From an uncultured Gammaproteobacteria bacterium (GTDB taxonomy: Bacteria; Patescibacteriota; Microgenomatia; Daviesbacterales; UBA10151): a stretch of DNA of 64,000 bases. Shown piece after piece: positions 52,696 to 62,365 of this stretch. How positions within the stretch are numbered: the stretch's first letter is position 1; the number at the start of each line of letters is the position of its first letter. Made by a program: the position numbers and the translations under genes. The stretch spans positions 64,503 to 128,502 of the forward strand of contig CAZAZW010000002.1 of the NCBI GenBank assembly GCA_964489875.1, read 5' to 3'. A model generated the notes under the pieces. The model did no database searches, had not been told where the DNA came from, and saw only the letters and a program-made list of their open reading frames with translations.

Positions 52696-54109
52696 CTACT
52701 TTAATTGTGTCTGTTGTCCCGCTTACTCCAAGCAGAGAACCGCTTGCTATTACCACTTTATCCCCCTTGGCAGCAATCTTATTTTTATTTATTGTCTCGA
52801 TTATCAGCTTCCAAAAAACATTATAGTCCTGAGTAAACTCCATTATAAAACATTCAACTCCCCAAACTAGCTGAAGCTGGTTTCTGACTTGTTCATTATG
52901 AGTGGTAGCGATGATTTGCGCCTCAGGCCGAAATGAAGCCAAAATTTTGGCCGTATTTCCGGAAGTAGTGGCCACCACCACAGTTTTGGCTTTGATTCTA
53001 TAAGCAATATTGGCTGCGGATGAAACTATGGCGCTGACAACCTTAAGCTTCAGGGGAATATTTTGCCAATCTATCTGAATCAGGTGTTTATATTGCTGGT
53101 GCCTTTCTACGGAAATAATAATTTCACTCATGGTTTTTACAGCTTCCACAGGATATGCTCCCACGGCAGTCTCTGCCGAAAGCATTACCGCATCTACTTG
53201 GTTTAAAACCGCGTAGGCTACATCAGAAGTTTCAGCTCTGGTAGGCCGGGGATTTTGAATCATGGATTCAAGCATTTGGGTGGCAATTATGACCGGCTTC
53301 TGAAATTGCCTCGCCAGGTTGATGATTTTTTGCTGTGTTAGCGGGACTTCGGAGGCTTTCATTTCTATTCCCAGATCACCCCTGGCAATCATCACCGCAT
53401 CAGTTGCTTTTATTATTTCATCCAGGTTTTCAACAGCCATTTTCTTTTCAATTTTGGCAATTATTTTAACTTTGGATTTTTTGTTTTCAATGACTTCCCG
53501 GGCGGCTTTTAAATCAGCGGCTGTTTGAATAAAAGATAAAGCTATAAAATCAACTCCCTCATTCAGTGCGAATTTCAAGTCTGCTCTATCTTTTTGTGTG
53601 AAACTGGGAGTTTTAATCGCGGTATCCGGAATATTTACACCTTTATTGGAAGAAATAATGCCGTCATTTTGGGCTTGGGCCTGAATATTTTTTTTGTTAA
53701 CTTCGGTGATTTTGAATTCAACTAACCCGTCACTCACGAAAATCCTTTCTCCTTTGGAAACATATGCTGTCAGGTCAAATTGTATCGGGATTTCCTGCTG
53801 AACTGGGTTGGTGCTGAAGGAGACAATATTGCCTTTTTTAATCTTCCTCACCTCACTAAATATTCCCAAACGAAGTTTCGGCCCTTGCAGGTCTGCCATT
53901 ATAGCTACCGGTATCTTAAGTTCTCGGGAGATATTCCTGATGTTTTGGATCTGATTCTTTTTTTCCTGATATGTACCGTGGGAGAAATTTAATCTTGCCA
54001 CATTAAGTCCGGCTTTTATTAAAGCCCTGATGGTTTTGGGTGAGGACGATGCAGGCCCAATAGTTGCTATGATTTTTGTTCTTTTACCACTTGTCATACT
54101 TGAATGCAT
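52685..54109 (-). CDS. pyk: Pyruvate kinase.
   Basis: 'KIIATIGPAS', 'NFSHG' and 'MIARGDLGIE'. Confidence 0.92.
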   Translation of the reverse strand: MHSSMTSGKRTKIIATIGPASSSPKTIRALIKAGLNVARLNFSHGTYQEKKNQIQNIRNISRELKIPVAIMADLQGPKLRLGIFSEVRKIKKGNIVSFSTNPVQQEIPIQFDLTAYVSKGERIFVSDGLVEFKITEVNKKNIQAQAQNDGIISSNKGVNIPDTAIKTPSFTQKDRADLKFALNEGVDFIALSFIQTAADLKAAREVIENKKSKVKIIAKIEKKMAVENLDEIIKATDAVMIARGDLGIEMKASEVPLTQQKIINLARQFQKPVIIATQMLESMIQNPRPTRAETSDVAYAVLNQVDAVMLSAETAVGAYPVEAVKTMSEIIISVERHQQYKHLIQIDWQNIPLKLKVVSAIVSSAANIAYRIKAKTVVVATTSGNTAKILASFRPEAQIIATTHNEQVRNQLQLVWGVECFIMEFTQDYNVFWKLIIETINKNKIAAKGDKVVIASGSLLGVSGTTDTIKVVTI

Positions 54110-54135
54110 ATTTTATCACGTAGTATAGTTAACTA

Positions 54136-55095
54136 ATGAGAACGATAGTTACGGGAGGCGCCGGGTTTTTGGGATCGCATTTATGTGACAAATTAATTGA
54201 AAGAGGTGATCAGGTTCTTTGTGTAGATAATCTATTAACCGGTAATCCTGCTAATATAGCTCATTTGCAAAATAGTCCTAGCTTTGAATTTGTGGAAGCT
54301 GAGGCCAGTGACGGCCTGCCCACAGATTTGGACTTTGATGCTCTCTATCACCTGGCTTCTCCTGCTTCTCCCAACAAAAATAACCCACAAAGTTATATAG
54401 CTCTTCCCTTTGAGACTATGCAGATAAATTCTATAGGGACTTGGACTCTATGCGAAGAAGTCCTGTCACGAGGAGCTAAGTTTTTATTTGCTTCAACCTC
54501 AGAGGCCTACGGTGATCCGCTGGAACACCCGCAAAAAGAAAGCTACAAAGGCAATGTTTCAACCACCGGTCCCAGATCCGTATATGATGAATCAAAAAGA
54601 TTCGGCGAAACCATTACCGCCGCTTACGTCCGCTATCACAAGTTAGATGCCAGGATTGTCCGCATTTTCAATACCTATGGCCCCAGGATGGCCTCAGACG
54701 GCCGGGTGGTAATTGAATTTATCACGGCTGCTTTGCAGAATAAGCCTTTTCCGATTTTTGGTGACGGTAAGCAAACCAGGTCTTTTTGCTATGTATCTGA
54801 TTTAATAGACGGGATAATTGCTGCCATGGATAAAGGAGAGAAGGGGGAAATATATAATTTAGGAAATCCTCACGAATTTACCTTATTAGAATTAGTTGAG
54901 GTGGTTAAAAAACTTACAGGGACTAGCTCAGAGGTGGAGTTCGTAGAAAAATTACCAACTGATGATCCGCTCAAGCGTTGTCCGGATATTACCAAGGCCA
55001 AAGAAAAGTTGGGCTGGGAGCCTAAGGTAGAGCTGGAAGAGGGTTTGAAGAAATTGATTGTGTATTTACAAAACATCAAAGAACCTCCGGCATAG
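54136..55095 (+). CDS. UDP-glucuronate decarboxylase / NAD-dependent sugar epimerase-dehydratase (UXS-like).
   Basis: 'IVTGGAGFLGSHL', 'YDESKRFGE' (YxxxK) and 319 aa. Confidence 0.85.
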   Translation: MRTIVTGGAGFLGSHLCDKLIERGDQVLCVDNLLTGNPANIAHLQNSPSFEFVEAEASDGLPTDLDFDALYHLASPASPNKNNPQSYIALPFETMQINSIGTWTLCEEVLSRGAKFLFASTSEAYGDPLEHPQKESYKGNVSTTGPRSVYDESKRFGETITAAYVRYHKLDARIVRIFNTYGPRMASDGRVVIEFITAALQNKPFPIFGDGKQTRSFCYVSDLIDGIIAAMDKGEKGEIYNLGNPHEFTLLELVEVVKKLTGTSSEVEFVEKLPTDDPLKRCPDITKAKEKLGWEPKVELEEGLKKLIVYLQNIKEPPA

Positions 55096-55134
55096 CTTTC
55101 CAAATCAGTCCAAAATTGATAAAATGTACTTCAA

Positions 55135-55207
55135 GCGCCCGTAGCTCAGTGGATAGAGCAGGACGGTTCTAACGTCAAGGTCGGGGGTTCGAATCCCTCC
55201 GGGCGCG
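55135..55207 (+). tRNA. tRNA-Arg (anticodon TCT).
   Basis: GCGCCCG TA GCTC AGTGGATA GAGC A GGACG-GTTCTAA-CGTCA ... GGGGG-TTCGAAT-CCCTC CGGGCGC G. Confidence 0.8.
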
Positions 55208-55295
55208 CAAGGAAATTTCTTGTAATAAATCTTACTGAAAAATTGCTGATCGGGGTCTACTATGTCAATTGAGTCGCTAGTTCAACGGGAGAACA

Positions 55296-55316
55296 GTCTT
55301 TTTTTGAAAAAAAGAC
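55296..55316. terminator. Perfect 10-bp-arm palindrome gtcttttttt-g-aaaaaaagac: a bidirectional terminator between convergent tRNA-Arg and the SPW-like gene.
   Basis: Seen directly. Either strand gives a hairpin plus a U-run. Confidence 0.55.
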
Positions 55317-55372
55317 AAACCAGAGTCCGACACTCTGACGACTCACACCTATATTCTAACCCTCCAAACAAT

Positions 55373-55699
55373 TCACCTATAGCGGGGTCTTTCTGGGAAA
55401 AGCTTCACCCAGGCTACTACAACTGCTCCTCCACCTACCACCAGTAGAGTCCACAGTGCAGTTGTAAGGGTACTAAACCCCAATACAAACGGAGCCAGAA
55501 TTGCTCCTACGCCGACAATGCCTGCCACCCAATACTCCCATCTTTCTCTGTCTGCTGCAACTCCCTCAAAAATAGAGGAAACGAGTAAAACCCCTCCAAT
55601 TATCAAACTAGTCCATAGTGCCACTACATCATTATCATATCCAAACAAATAGGGTGATACTATCGCCAGTATTCCTAGAAAACCGGTTAATAGATACAT
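55373..55699 (-). CDS. SPW-repeat-like small membrane protein.
   Basis: Four TM helices; 'VSPYLFGY' and 'LAPFVLGF' resemble SPW repeats. Confidence 0.4.
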   Translation of the reverse strand: MYLLTGFLGILAIVSPYLFGYDNDVVALWTSLIIGGVLLVSSIFEGVAADRERWEYWVAGIVGVGAILAPFVLGFSTLTTALWTLLVVGGGAVVVAWVKLFPERPRYR

Positions 55700-55785
55700 C
55701 TTTTCTCACCTCCAGTTCATTTTAACCTTAATCCTTTGGAATAATTTTTTCAGTAATCAATATTACGTAAAAAGAAGGGGAGACT

Positions 55786-57474
55786 TTAAAATAATCCCAC
55801 TACGGCGCCTTTTGAATCAATATCAATTCTTTCTCCAGCAGGAGAGGAGGGAAGACCGGGCATGGTCCGCATCTCGCCCAAGAGAGGATAAAGAAAACCG
55901 GCACCAGCTGATAACCTGACATCCCGGATGGAGACCGTAAATCCACGAGGCCTTCCCTTAAGGTGTTTCTCATGAGAAAGTGATTCGTGAGTTTTTGCCA
56001 TACAGATAGGTAAATTAGCATAACCCATTTCTGTATACATTTTGATCGCCTGCTCAGCCGCGTGAAGGTAGCTAACACCATCTGCGCCGTAAATCTTCTT
56101 GGCAATAATTTCAATTTTATCCTTGATCGGTATATCAAGCGGATACAGAAACCGGAAATTATTTGGTTGTTCACAAGCTTTAGCCACAGCCTCGGCCATT
56201 TCTTTCCCGCCTTCACCACCTCTTGCGTGTATATCACTGGTGCAAGCTGCAAAGGCGCCAGCCCTCCGTGAGACCTTTTTAACCAACTCTATTTCAGCTT
56301 CAGTATCAGTAGCAAAACGATTAATTGCCACAACCACCGGAATACCAAAATATCGCATATTCTCGATTTGTTTTTCCAAATTCTCAGAGCCAGCTCCTAC
56401 AGCCTCCAGGTTTTCTTCCATAAGACCAGGATCAAGCGGTTTTCCGGCAATAACCTTAAAACTACCACTGTGCATCTTCAAAGCCCTGATTGTAGCCACA
56501 ACCACTACTGCATCAGGAACCAAACCACTATTACGGCATTTGATATTCATGAACTTTTCGGCGCCTAAATCTGCACCAAACCCGCTTTCCGTCACTACAT
56601 AATCTGCCAGTTTTAGACCGATGGCATCAGCCAGAATTGAGCTATTGCCATGAGCTATGTTTGCAAAAGGGCCGCAGTGAACAAAAGCCGGTGTATTTTC
56701 CAGCGTTTGCATCAAGTTGGGCTTGATGGCGTCCCTCAGAAGCACTGTCATTGCCCCGTCTACCCTTAAATCTTTAGCAGTAACCGGTTTACCTCCCTTG
56801 GTGGTGCCAATGACTATTTTTCCCAAGCGTTTTCGAAGATCCGCTAAATCCGTAGTAAGAGCCAGAATAGCCATCACTTCCGAGGCAACGGTAATATCGT
56901 ATCCGGTCTCGCGTACCGTACCTTCTTTATTTAAACCGATGATGATATTGCGAAGAGCCCTGTCGGACACATCAACTACCCGACGGAAAGTAACTGCTTG
57001 CGGATCAATATTTAGCTTGTTGCCATGAAAAATATGGTTATCAATAAAAGCAGCCAAGAGGTTATGAGCAAGTCCAATAGCGTGAACATCGCCTGTCAAG
57101 TGAAGATTAAAATCCTCCATGGGGATGATTTGAGAATAACCTCCGCCGGCTGCTCCTCCTTTTATACCAAAAACAGGGCCAAGCGAGGGCTGGCGGATAC
57201 AAATTATGGCCTTTTTACCGATTTTATTGAGCGCTTGTCCCAAACCAACTGTGGTAGTAGTTTTACCCTCACCCAACGGAGTAGGGGTGATCGCCGTCAC
57301 ATCTATATACTTCCCGTTTGGTCTACTTTTTAGTCTTTTCAGAACATCTAGGGAGACTTTTGCCTTGTATTTGCCATAGGTTTCAATTTCAGAATCAAGT
57401 AACCCAATTTCTGCTGCAATTTCTGATATAGGTTTTAGTTTGGCCGCTTGGGCTATTTTAAGATCACTCAGCAT
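55786..57474 (-). CDS. fhs: Formate--tetrahydrofolate ligase.
   Basis: '[16 protein letters not shown]', 562 aa, and the C-terminal 'NIAHGNSS'. Confidence 0.93.
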   Translation of the reverse strand: MLSDLKIAQAAKLKPISEIAAEIGLLDSEIETYGKYKAKVSLDVLKRLKSRPNGKYIDVTAITPTPLGEGKTTTTVGLGQALNKIGKKAIICIRQPSLGPVFGIKGGAAGGGYSQIIPMEDFNLHLTGDVHAIGLAHNLLAAFIDNHIFHGNKLNIDPQAVTFRRVVDVSDRALRNIIIGLNKEGTVRETGYDITVASEVMAILALTTDLADLRKRLGKIVIGTTKGGKPVTAKDLRVDGAMTVLLRDAIKPNLMQTLENTPAFVHCGPFANIAHGNSSILADAIGLKLADYVVTESGFGADLGAEKFMNIKCRNSGLVPDAVVVVATIRALKMHSGSFKVIAGKPLDPGLMEENLEAVGAGSENLEKQIENMRYFGIPVVVAINRFATDTEAEIELVKKVSRRAGAFAACTSDIHARGGEGGKEMAEAVAKACEQPNNFRFLYPLDIPIKDKIEIIAKKIYGADGVSYLHAAEQAIKMYTEMGYANLPICMAKTHESLSHEKHLKGRPRGFTVSIRDVRLSAGAGFLYPLLGEMRTMPGLPSSPAGERIDIDSKGAVVGLF

Positions 57475-57544
57475 AGGTTTAAAATTATATCATTTTTATA
57501 GCAAACATTGACAAAATATATAACCTTTGATAAGGTAACAAATA

Positions 57545-58246
57545 ATGTCTAAATTTCCCATCATTAAAACTTCTGCGATTTTAATTGGTCTTTCAATGCT
57601 TGCCGTAGTCATTTATCCTGCTCTTGCCGAAGATGGAACTACCTCAGCGGTTAGACCTGCTGTTAGGAAAAATCAACTTGTTCAGGAAAGGATAGAGGCG
57701 AGAAGGGAAAATATCCAGGATAAAATAGCAGCATTAAGAGAAAAAATTGCCTCCAAAGAAGCAGCCCTTCGCTTAAGACTACAAGAATTTAGAGATAAGA
57801 AGAAGGCGGAAACAGCAGAAAGGGTTAATACCAACTTAAATAGGATAAATCAAAACCGTACTACCCAGATGCAAAAGCACTTAGAAAAAATGTCGGAGAT
57901 TTTGGACAAGCTGGAAAACAGGGTCAATCAAGCTAAACCGGACATAAAGGATCCGGCAACAGCCAAAGCTGCCATTGCGGCTGCCAAACTTAGTATTTCT
58001 ACAGCATCGGCTTCTGTATCCGCTCAAGCATTAAAGGATTATACAATTGTGGTAACGACCGAGAGCAGAATTGGAGTAGATGCCAAAATTCAAAGAGACA
58101 AGCTGCATACAGATCTTGTAGCCCTAAGGAGATTAGTTATAGATGCAAAACAGGCTGTTGCAAATGCCATTAGAGTAGCCAAATCAGGTAAAATAGGGCC
58201 TGATTTTGAGCCTGGGAAGGAGGGAACAAACAGTGGACGGGAGTAA
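57545..58246 (+). CDS. Secreted coiled-coil hypothetical protein.
   Basis: Signal peptide followed by heptad-like, Ala/Lys/Glu-rich sequence. Confidence 0.5.
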   Translation: MSKFPIIKTSAILIGLSMLAVVIYPALAEDGTTSAVRPAVRKNQLVQERIEARRENIQDKIAALREKIASKEAALRLRLQEFRDKKKAETAERVNTNLNRINQNRTTQMQKHLEKMSEILDKLENRVNQAKPDIKDPATAKAAIAAAKLSISTASASVSAQALKDYTIVVTTESRIGVDAKIQRDKLHTDLVALRRLVIDAKQAVANAIRVAKSGKIGPDFEPGKEGTNSGRE

Positions 58247-58253
58247 CCAAGCT

Positions 58254-58583
58254 ATGCAACCACCAGCAAGTGCACCACAAGCTCCAGAGCCACAGCCAGC
58301 GGTGCCACAAGTGCCGGTATCTGAACCCCCTTCCGGTGATTCAAATAAAATGGTACTTTGGCTTGTAATAGGATTAGTTGTAGTTATTGTTTTGGTAGGA
58401 GGAATTTATTTCTTCCTAAATCAACAGCAAGCGGGAAATAGTGCACAGCAAGCTACCGAGCAGGAAGTTGTGCAAAATACACCGGATACTCTAGATGCTT
58501 TGGAAAAAGATTTAAGTACTCTTAATATAGAAGATACAGAGACTGATTTTGTTCCAATAGACCAAGATTTAGAACAACTCTAA
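58254..58583 (+). CDS. Small single-TM protein with a Pro/Gln-rich N-terminus. The start is moved to the Met after the upstream stop.
   Basis: TM 'MVLWLVIGLVVVIVLVGGIYFFL'. The ORF-track start 58206 overlaps the upstream gene by 41 nt. Confidence 0.4.
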   Translation: MQPPASAPQAPEPQPAVPQVPVSEPPSGDSNKMVLWLVIGLVVVIVLVGGIYFFLNQQQAGNSAQQATEQEVVQNTPDTLDALEKDLSTLNIEDTETDFVPIDQDLEQL

Positions 58584-58601
58584 AAGGACTGCCTTAAAAA
58601 T

Positions 58602-59468
58602 TTAACCTGTCAGCTTCACTCCCAGCATTCTTTCAGCAAGTCTTTTTGGAATAATCATGGCTTTCAAGCCAAAACTCTCGGCTACTTTTTCTTTATCCAC
58701 GAATGCTTCAACATCTCCGCTAAAACCTCTTCCTTCGGGCTTGGTCTTAGTCATCATCACGATCTGCGAACCCTCGAAAACAGGTTCCCAAAATCTTGTG
58801 CTGCCGATACTCTGAAACATCGGTATCCCATTTAATTCTTCGCCCAAATTAAGCGCAGTGACCGCAGCGGCTTGAGCCATTGCCTCAATCAGCTGGTCCG
58901 GCAGAAGCTTCCCTCTAAATGATCTCTCTTGGGACAACCTAACGTCTAGTCCTGCAATTTCTGCAACCACCTTTTTTCCTCTTTTAATCTCTATGACTCT
59001 AGCCTGCAGCAGAGGATCTTCTTGCTTCAGGGATATTCGAAGCTGGCTGTCCGGGAGGTCTGGGAGCACGACCCCCTTGAAGGCGACACTATCGAAACCG
59101 CGGATTTGTATTTGATCGATATGAGATTTACAGTCAAAAGTAGGGCCTGCGCGCACGGCCAGATACGCTGCTGCTGCCCTAATCACTTTATGTCCCGGAA
59201 ACACTCGAATTTCTTTAAAGTGGTCAACTGCGTGCTTAGCTGTAACATCTAGGAATCCCATAGGCACCCCATTAGAATCGAGTTCAATTCTATCTAAAGC
59301 AGGTGGATCAAATCTACGGCTGACCTGAGCTAGAGAAGGTGTATAAAGACACAATGCCATTTTAACTCCATCTAGATCTTGCTTGCCTAATCTCCTGATT
59401 CTCTCAACATAGATAGCCTTTGGTCCATAAAATCGGGCAAGTGTTTTATTTAGATACTCAACTCCCAT
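58602..59468 (-). CDS. Hot-dog-fold (FabZ/FabA-like dehydratase) domain protein.
   Basis: 'LPDQLIEAMAQAAAV' resembles the FabZ 'PG.L.IEAMAQ' helix. 288 aa; elevated GC. Confidence 0.4.
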   Translation of the reverse strand: MGVEYLNKTLARFYGPKAIYVERIRRLGKQDLDGVKMALCLYTPSLAQVSRRFDPPALDRIELDSNGVPMGFLDVTAKHAVDHFKEIRVFPGHKVIRAAAAYLAVRAGPTFDCKSHIDQIQIRGFDSVAFKGVVLPDLPDSQLRISLKQEDPLLQARVIEIKRGKKVVAEIAGLDVRLSQERSFRGKLLPDQLIEAMAQAAAVTALNLGEELNGIPMFQSIGSTRFWEPVFEGSQIVMMTKTKPEGRGFSGDVEAFVDKEKVAESFGLKAMIIPKRLAERMLGVKLTG

Positions 59469-59539
59469 AGGTTGTGACTTTAGCAGGAATAGTTTTGTTT
59501 TTCAACATTTCTGAGCGGGCAAGGAAAATTTAAGAAATA

Positions 59540-60130
59540 CTATTTCTTTTTTGAGGATTTTTTCTTAGCAACTTTTACTTTTTCTTCAACAACCTGTTCT
59601 TCGATCGGTTGGTCAGATGCGCCGTCAATCACTATTTCCTCAGCAACTACCGGAGCTACTTTCTCAAAAGCATTAGGAGCTAGCAGTATTAATATTTTAT
59701 CCAGTTTATTATTTAACTCTGCAAGCTGATCTTTGTATTGAGGCTGAACTTGATCACTATTTCTGTTTCCGGCTCCCTTTTTCTCTCCAAAACAATTGCT
59801 ACAATAAACCGGCTTTCCGCCACTTGGTTGAAAAGGCACTTTGCAACTTTGTCCACACTCATCGCAAACTGCTTCAAACATTTGTCGGTCGTCAGAAGAG
59901 GTGGGTCTTCTGGAATCAGAACCCCGGTTATTTTGAAAACAATCACTGCAAAAAATAGGCTTACCGCTGGTTGGCCGGAAAGGCACTTCACAATTCTTTC
60001 TGCAATTGTCACAAACTGCCTGATGCATTTCCACAGGCCCTCTTGAACCTCGGTCACTAAAGCCTCTTCTTTCAAAGCCCCTGCCTCCACCGGATCTGCT
60101 ACCACGATTAAAATTTCCCATAGCATTCAT
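59540..60130 (-). CDS. RGG-box protein with two tandem CxxC-x17-CxxC zinc ribbons.
   Basis: 'RGSRSGGGRGFERRGFSDRGSRG', then 'CDNCRKNCEVPFRPTSGKPIFCSDCF' and 'CDECGQSCKVPFQPSGGKPVYCSNCF', and a Lys-rich tail. Confidence 0.6.
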   Translation of the reverse strand: MNAMGNFNRGSRSGGGRGFERRGFSDRGSRGPVEMHQAVCDNCRKNCEVPFRPTSGKPIFCSDCFQNNRGSDSRRPTSSDDRQMFEAVCDECGQSCKVPFQPSGGKPVYCSNCFGEKKGAGNRNSDQVQPQYKDQLAELNNKLDKILILLAPNAFEKVAPVVAEEIVIDGASDQPIEEQVVEEKVKVAKKKSSKKK

Positions 60131-60187
60131 TGTACCATCTAATCATTTTAAATGTGTACCCAAAAGTGAAAGAATCAAAGATTCGTG

Positions 60188-60259
60188 AGCGGGATAGGGG
60201 AGTTGCACCCCTGACATTCTGCTTGGAAAGCAGACGTTCTGCTACTGAACTAATCCCGC
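60188..60259 (-). tRNA. tRNA-Gly (anticodon TCC).
   Basis: The reverse complement is GCGGGAT TA GTTC AGTAGCA GAAC G TCTGC-TTTCCAA-GCAGA ... AGGGG-TGCAACT-CCCCT ATCCCGC T. Confidence 0.8.
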
Positions 60260-60342
60260 TTCTCACTTCGTTCGAAGTAAACTTCTTAACCCGAAGTAAA
60301 GTTTATTTTAGCTGAAATAGGGGGCTTATTTCAAGAAAAGGA

Positions 60343-61086
60343 TTATTGAATTTCGTAGCTTAGGGTAACCATTACTTTAATTTCAGAAGATCCTGGTTCT
60401 ACTGCTGTTTCCAATTGCTGGGCCTCCGGGGCCCCGGCACTCAACCGAAGAGGCAGGGGCCGCGGTTCTCCTTCAAAGTTTTCGGAATAATTAACCATTC
60501 TGCCCAACTTAAAGCCGGCAATCTTGGCAGCGCTTTCAGCCTTGTTTTTAGCCTCCGTCACTGCTTTTTGCCTGGCTTCATTTTCTATCTTGGTTTTATC
60601 ATCCACATCAAAGCTAATTCCTCCGACTTGGTTAGCTCCACTTTCTGTAGCTTGGTCAATCACTTGGTTTACCAAATCAATGTTACGGACTTTAATATTA
60701 AGATTCGTAGATGCAGAATACCCAGTGATACGCTGTATGTTGCCTTGAAAGTCATAATTGGGATTAATATTGTAATTAGTTGTCTGGATATCCTTTTGTT
60801 CAACACCCAATTTTTTAATAGCTTCTGCCACTTTATTGATGGCAGCATTAATTTGATCCTGGGCAGCTTTGACTGTTGAACCTTGGGCCTGGATTCCTAC
60901 ATTCAAAGTGGCTATGTCCGGCTTTGCGGCCACAGACCCTTCACCAGTCACATTAAAAGTATCAGATTTGTTGGTAGTAACGCTGTTTACAGAAAAGGGT
61001 ATTGGCCCAGCAATTTTTGTATAGAGAAATAATAGGATAAAGAAAATAACTATTGGAACAACTATTACGGTAATAGATTTCATCAC
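60343..61086 (-). CDS. SIMPL (DUF541) family periplasmic/secreted protein.
   Basis: N-terminal TM anchor; 'VTGEGSVAAKPDIATLNVGI' and 'ISFDVDDKTKIENEARQKAVTEAKNKAESAAKIAG' match the family pattern. Confidence 0.65.
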   Translation of the reverse strand: MMKSITVIVVPIVIFFILLFLYTKIAGPIPFSVNSVTTNKSDTFNVTGEGSVAAKPDIATLNVGIQAQGSTVKAAQDQINAAINKVAEAIKKLGVEQKDIQTTNYNINPNYDFQGNIQRITGYSASTNLNIKVRNIDLVNQVIDQATESGANQVGGISFDVDDKTKIENEARQKAVTEAKNKAESAAKIAGFKLGRMVNYSENFEGEPRPLPLRLSAGAPEAQQLETAVEPGSSEIKVMVTLSYEIQ

Positions 61087-61166
61087 TTGAACTATTGGTT
61101 AACCTTATTTTATCACACCCCAAGTTCGGTTTGTTTCTTCAAGGAAATTCCAGTATCATTTAAAGT

Positions 61167-62027
61167 ATGGCAGAAGGTGTTGATGCACAAAATCCTTCAG
61201 GACCTCAAGCATCTGTTAATCACGAAGCTAAAGAGCGGGAAGGATTACGAATAAATTTTACTATCGATAATAGACATCTGATTGCTCACACGCTTTATCG
61301 TATGGGTGAAGGGTCATTTCCTGCAACTGAACATACGGATGACTTGGTTTCGCTTCAAAACTTTGCGCGGGGAATATCTGAGAAATGTTCTGACTTTGTT
61401 GCATGGAGACTTACAGAAGAACAGTTTCTTGAATCAGGGGGAAACCTAGGCGAGGTCACAAACTTTTTACGGCAGGTAGAAAATAGCAGTGAATTTGGTA
61501 GAGTGAGGCAGCAGACCCAAGAATATCTTGAGTCTGTTAAATCTCAATGGGAAAGGAATTATCCTAAATCATCTCAGACAGTTAGTGAGCTTACAGGTTT
61601 AAATTTAAATAAAGTGGTTAGTGTTTATGTGATCCACCCAGGTTTAATGATGGGACAATACTTAGGAGATGATGCTATTGCTTGGGGTCATCCTGAGGAT
61701 TGGCAAAACTATTCTACAGTGTATTTATGGCATGAAATTCTTCACTCTTACATGGATTACACAGACTTGAGCCATGCACTGATTCAATTAGTAACTGATA
61801 ATGAATTACGTGTTCAACTAAATGAGGGAGAAACTTATCCCCCTTTTGAGGGACACGAAAATCTTTTTCCTTTAATGAATAAGTTATTACCTCATTGGCA
61901 GGCATATCTGGCTGAAATACCAGAGGGTGGGAAAAGAAATCTTTTAGCCTTTGAAGAAAGATTGAAAACTATGCCTGAATTTCGTGAGGAAAAACCAAAA
62001 GAACCTGAAACAAAAATTATTGAATAA
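61167..62027 (+). CDS. Hypothetical protein with an HExxH motif ('LWHEILHSY').
   Basis: ORF with a 'ttgaca...tataat'-like upstream region. HExxH is the only recognisable feature. Confidence 0.45.
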   Translation: MAEGVDAQNPSGPQASVNHEAKEREGLRINFTIDNRHLIAHTLYRMGEGSFPATEHTDDLVSLQNFARGISEKCSDFVAWRLTEEQFLESGGNLGEVTNFLRQVENSSEFGRVRQQTQEYLESVKSQWERNYPKSSQTVSELTGLNLNKVVSVYVIHPGLMMGQYLGDDAIAWGHPEDWQNYSTVYLWHEILHSYMDYTDLSHALIQLVTDNELRVQLNEGETYPPFEGHENLFPLMNKLLPHWQAYLAEIPEGGKRNLLAFEERLKTMPEFREEKPKEPETKIIE

Positions 62028-62140
62028 AGCCAACCAGTGCTACAACCTAGTCGGGGACCAGGGAATAAGATAGGGTCGCCTTGAACACGTTCAATGGTGC
62101 TTCCTTCTTTATCCCTGTTCCACCTTCTTCGATGACTCAG

Positions 62141-62212
62141 TCGGGGACCAGGGAATTGAACCCTGTGCTTCTCGCTCCCAAAGCGAGCGTTCTACCGATG
62201 AACTAGTCCCCG
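62141..62212 (-). tRNA. tRNA-Pro (anticodon TGG).
   Basis: The reverse complement is CGGGGAC TA GTTC ATCGGTA GAAC G CTCGC-TTTGGGA-GCGAG ... GGGTTCAATTCCC ... GTCCCCG A, with C1-G72 typical of tRNA-Pro. Confidence 0.8.
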
Positions 62213-62217
62213 GGATG

Positions 62218-62299
62218 TGCTGGTGAAGGGAGTCGAACCCTTATGCCTTTTGGGCACTCGCTCTTAAGGCGAGCGTGTATGCCATTCCACCACACCAGC
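62218..62299 (-). tRNA. tRNA-Leu (anticodon TAA), long variable arm.
   Basis: The reverse complement is GCTGGTG TG GTGG AATGGCATA CACG CTCGC-CTTAAGA-GCGAG TGCCCAAAAGGCATA AGGGTTCGACTCCCTT CACCAGC A. Confidence 0.8.
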
Positions 62300-62365
62300 A
62301 TCCTTGGTATTGTATCAAAAAAGTATTGACAATTTAAGTATCGTACATTAATCTAAACTCCTGAT

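Noticed and set aside
55800-57333. Several ORFs antisense or off-frame within fhs (55800..56252 -, 56062..56271 +, 56099..56602 +, 56717..57028 +, 57025..57333 +).
   Set aside because: fhs is unambiguous on the minus strand. These are frame shadows.
59713-60126. Alternative ORFs at the zinc-ribbon gene locus (137 aa -, and 59738..60046 +).
   Set aside because: Only the 196-aa minus frame yields the duplicated CxxC-x17-CxxC module and the RGG N-terminus.
62067-62136. Integrated mobile element between the two tRNA-Pro 3'-end repeats.
   Set aside because: Only 72 bp separate the repeats and no coding capacity lies between them. I report it as a scar, not a mobile element.
62301-62365. FMN riboswitch upstream of the ECF-S-like / RibD-C gene pair.
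   Set aside because: The intergenic space is only ~65 nt, too short for an FMN aptamer. It contains only promoter-like ttgaca/-10 elements.
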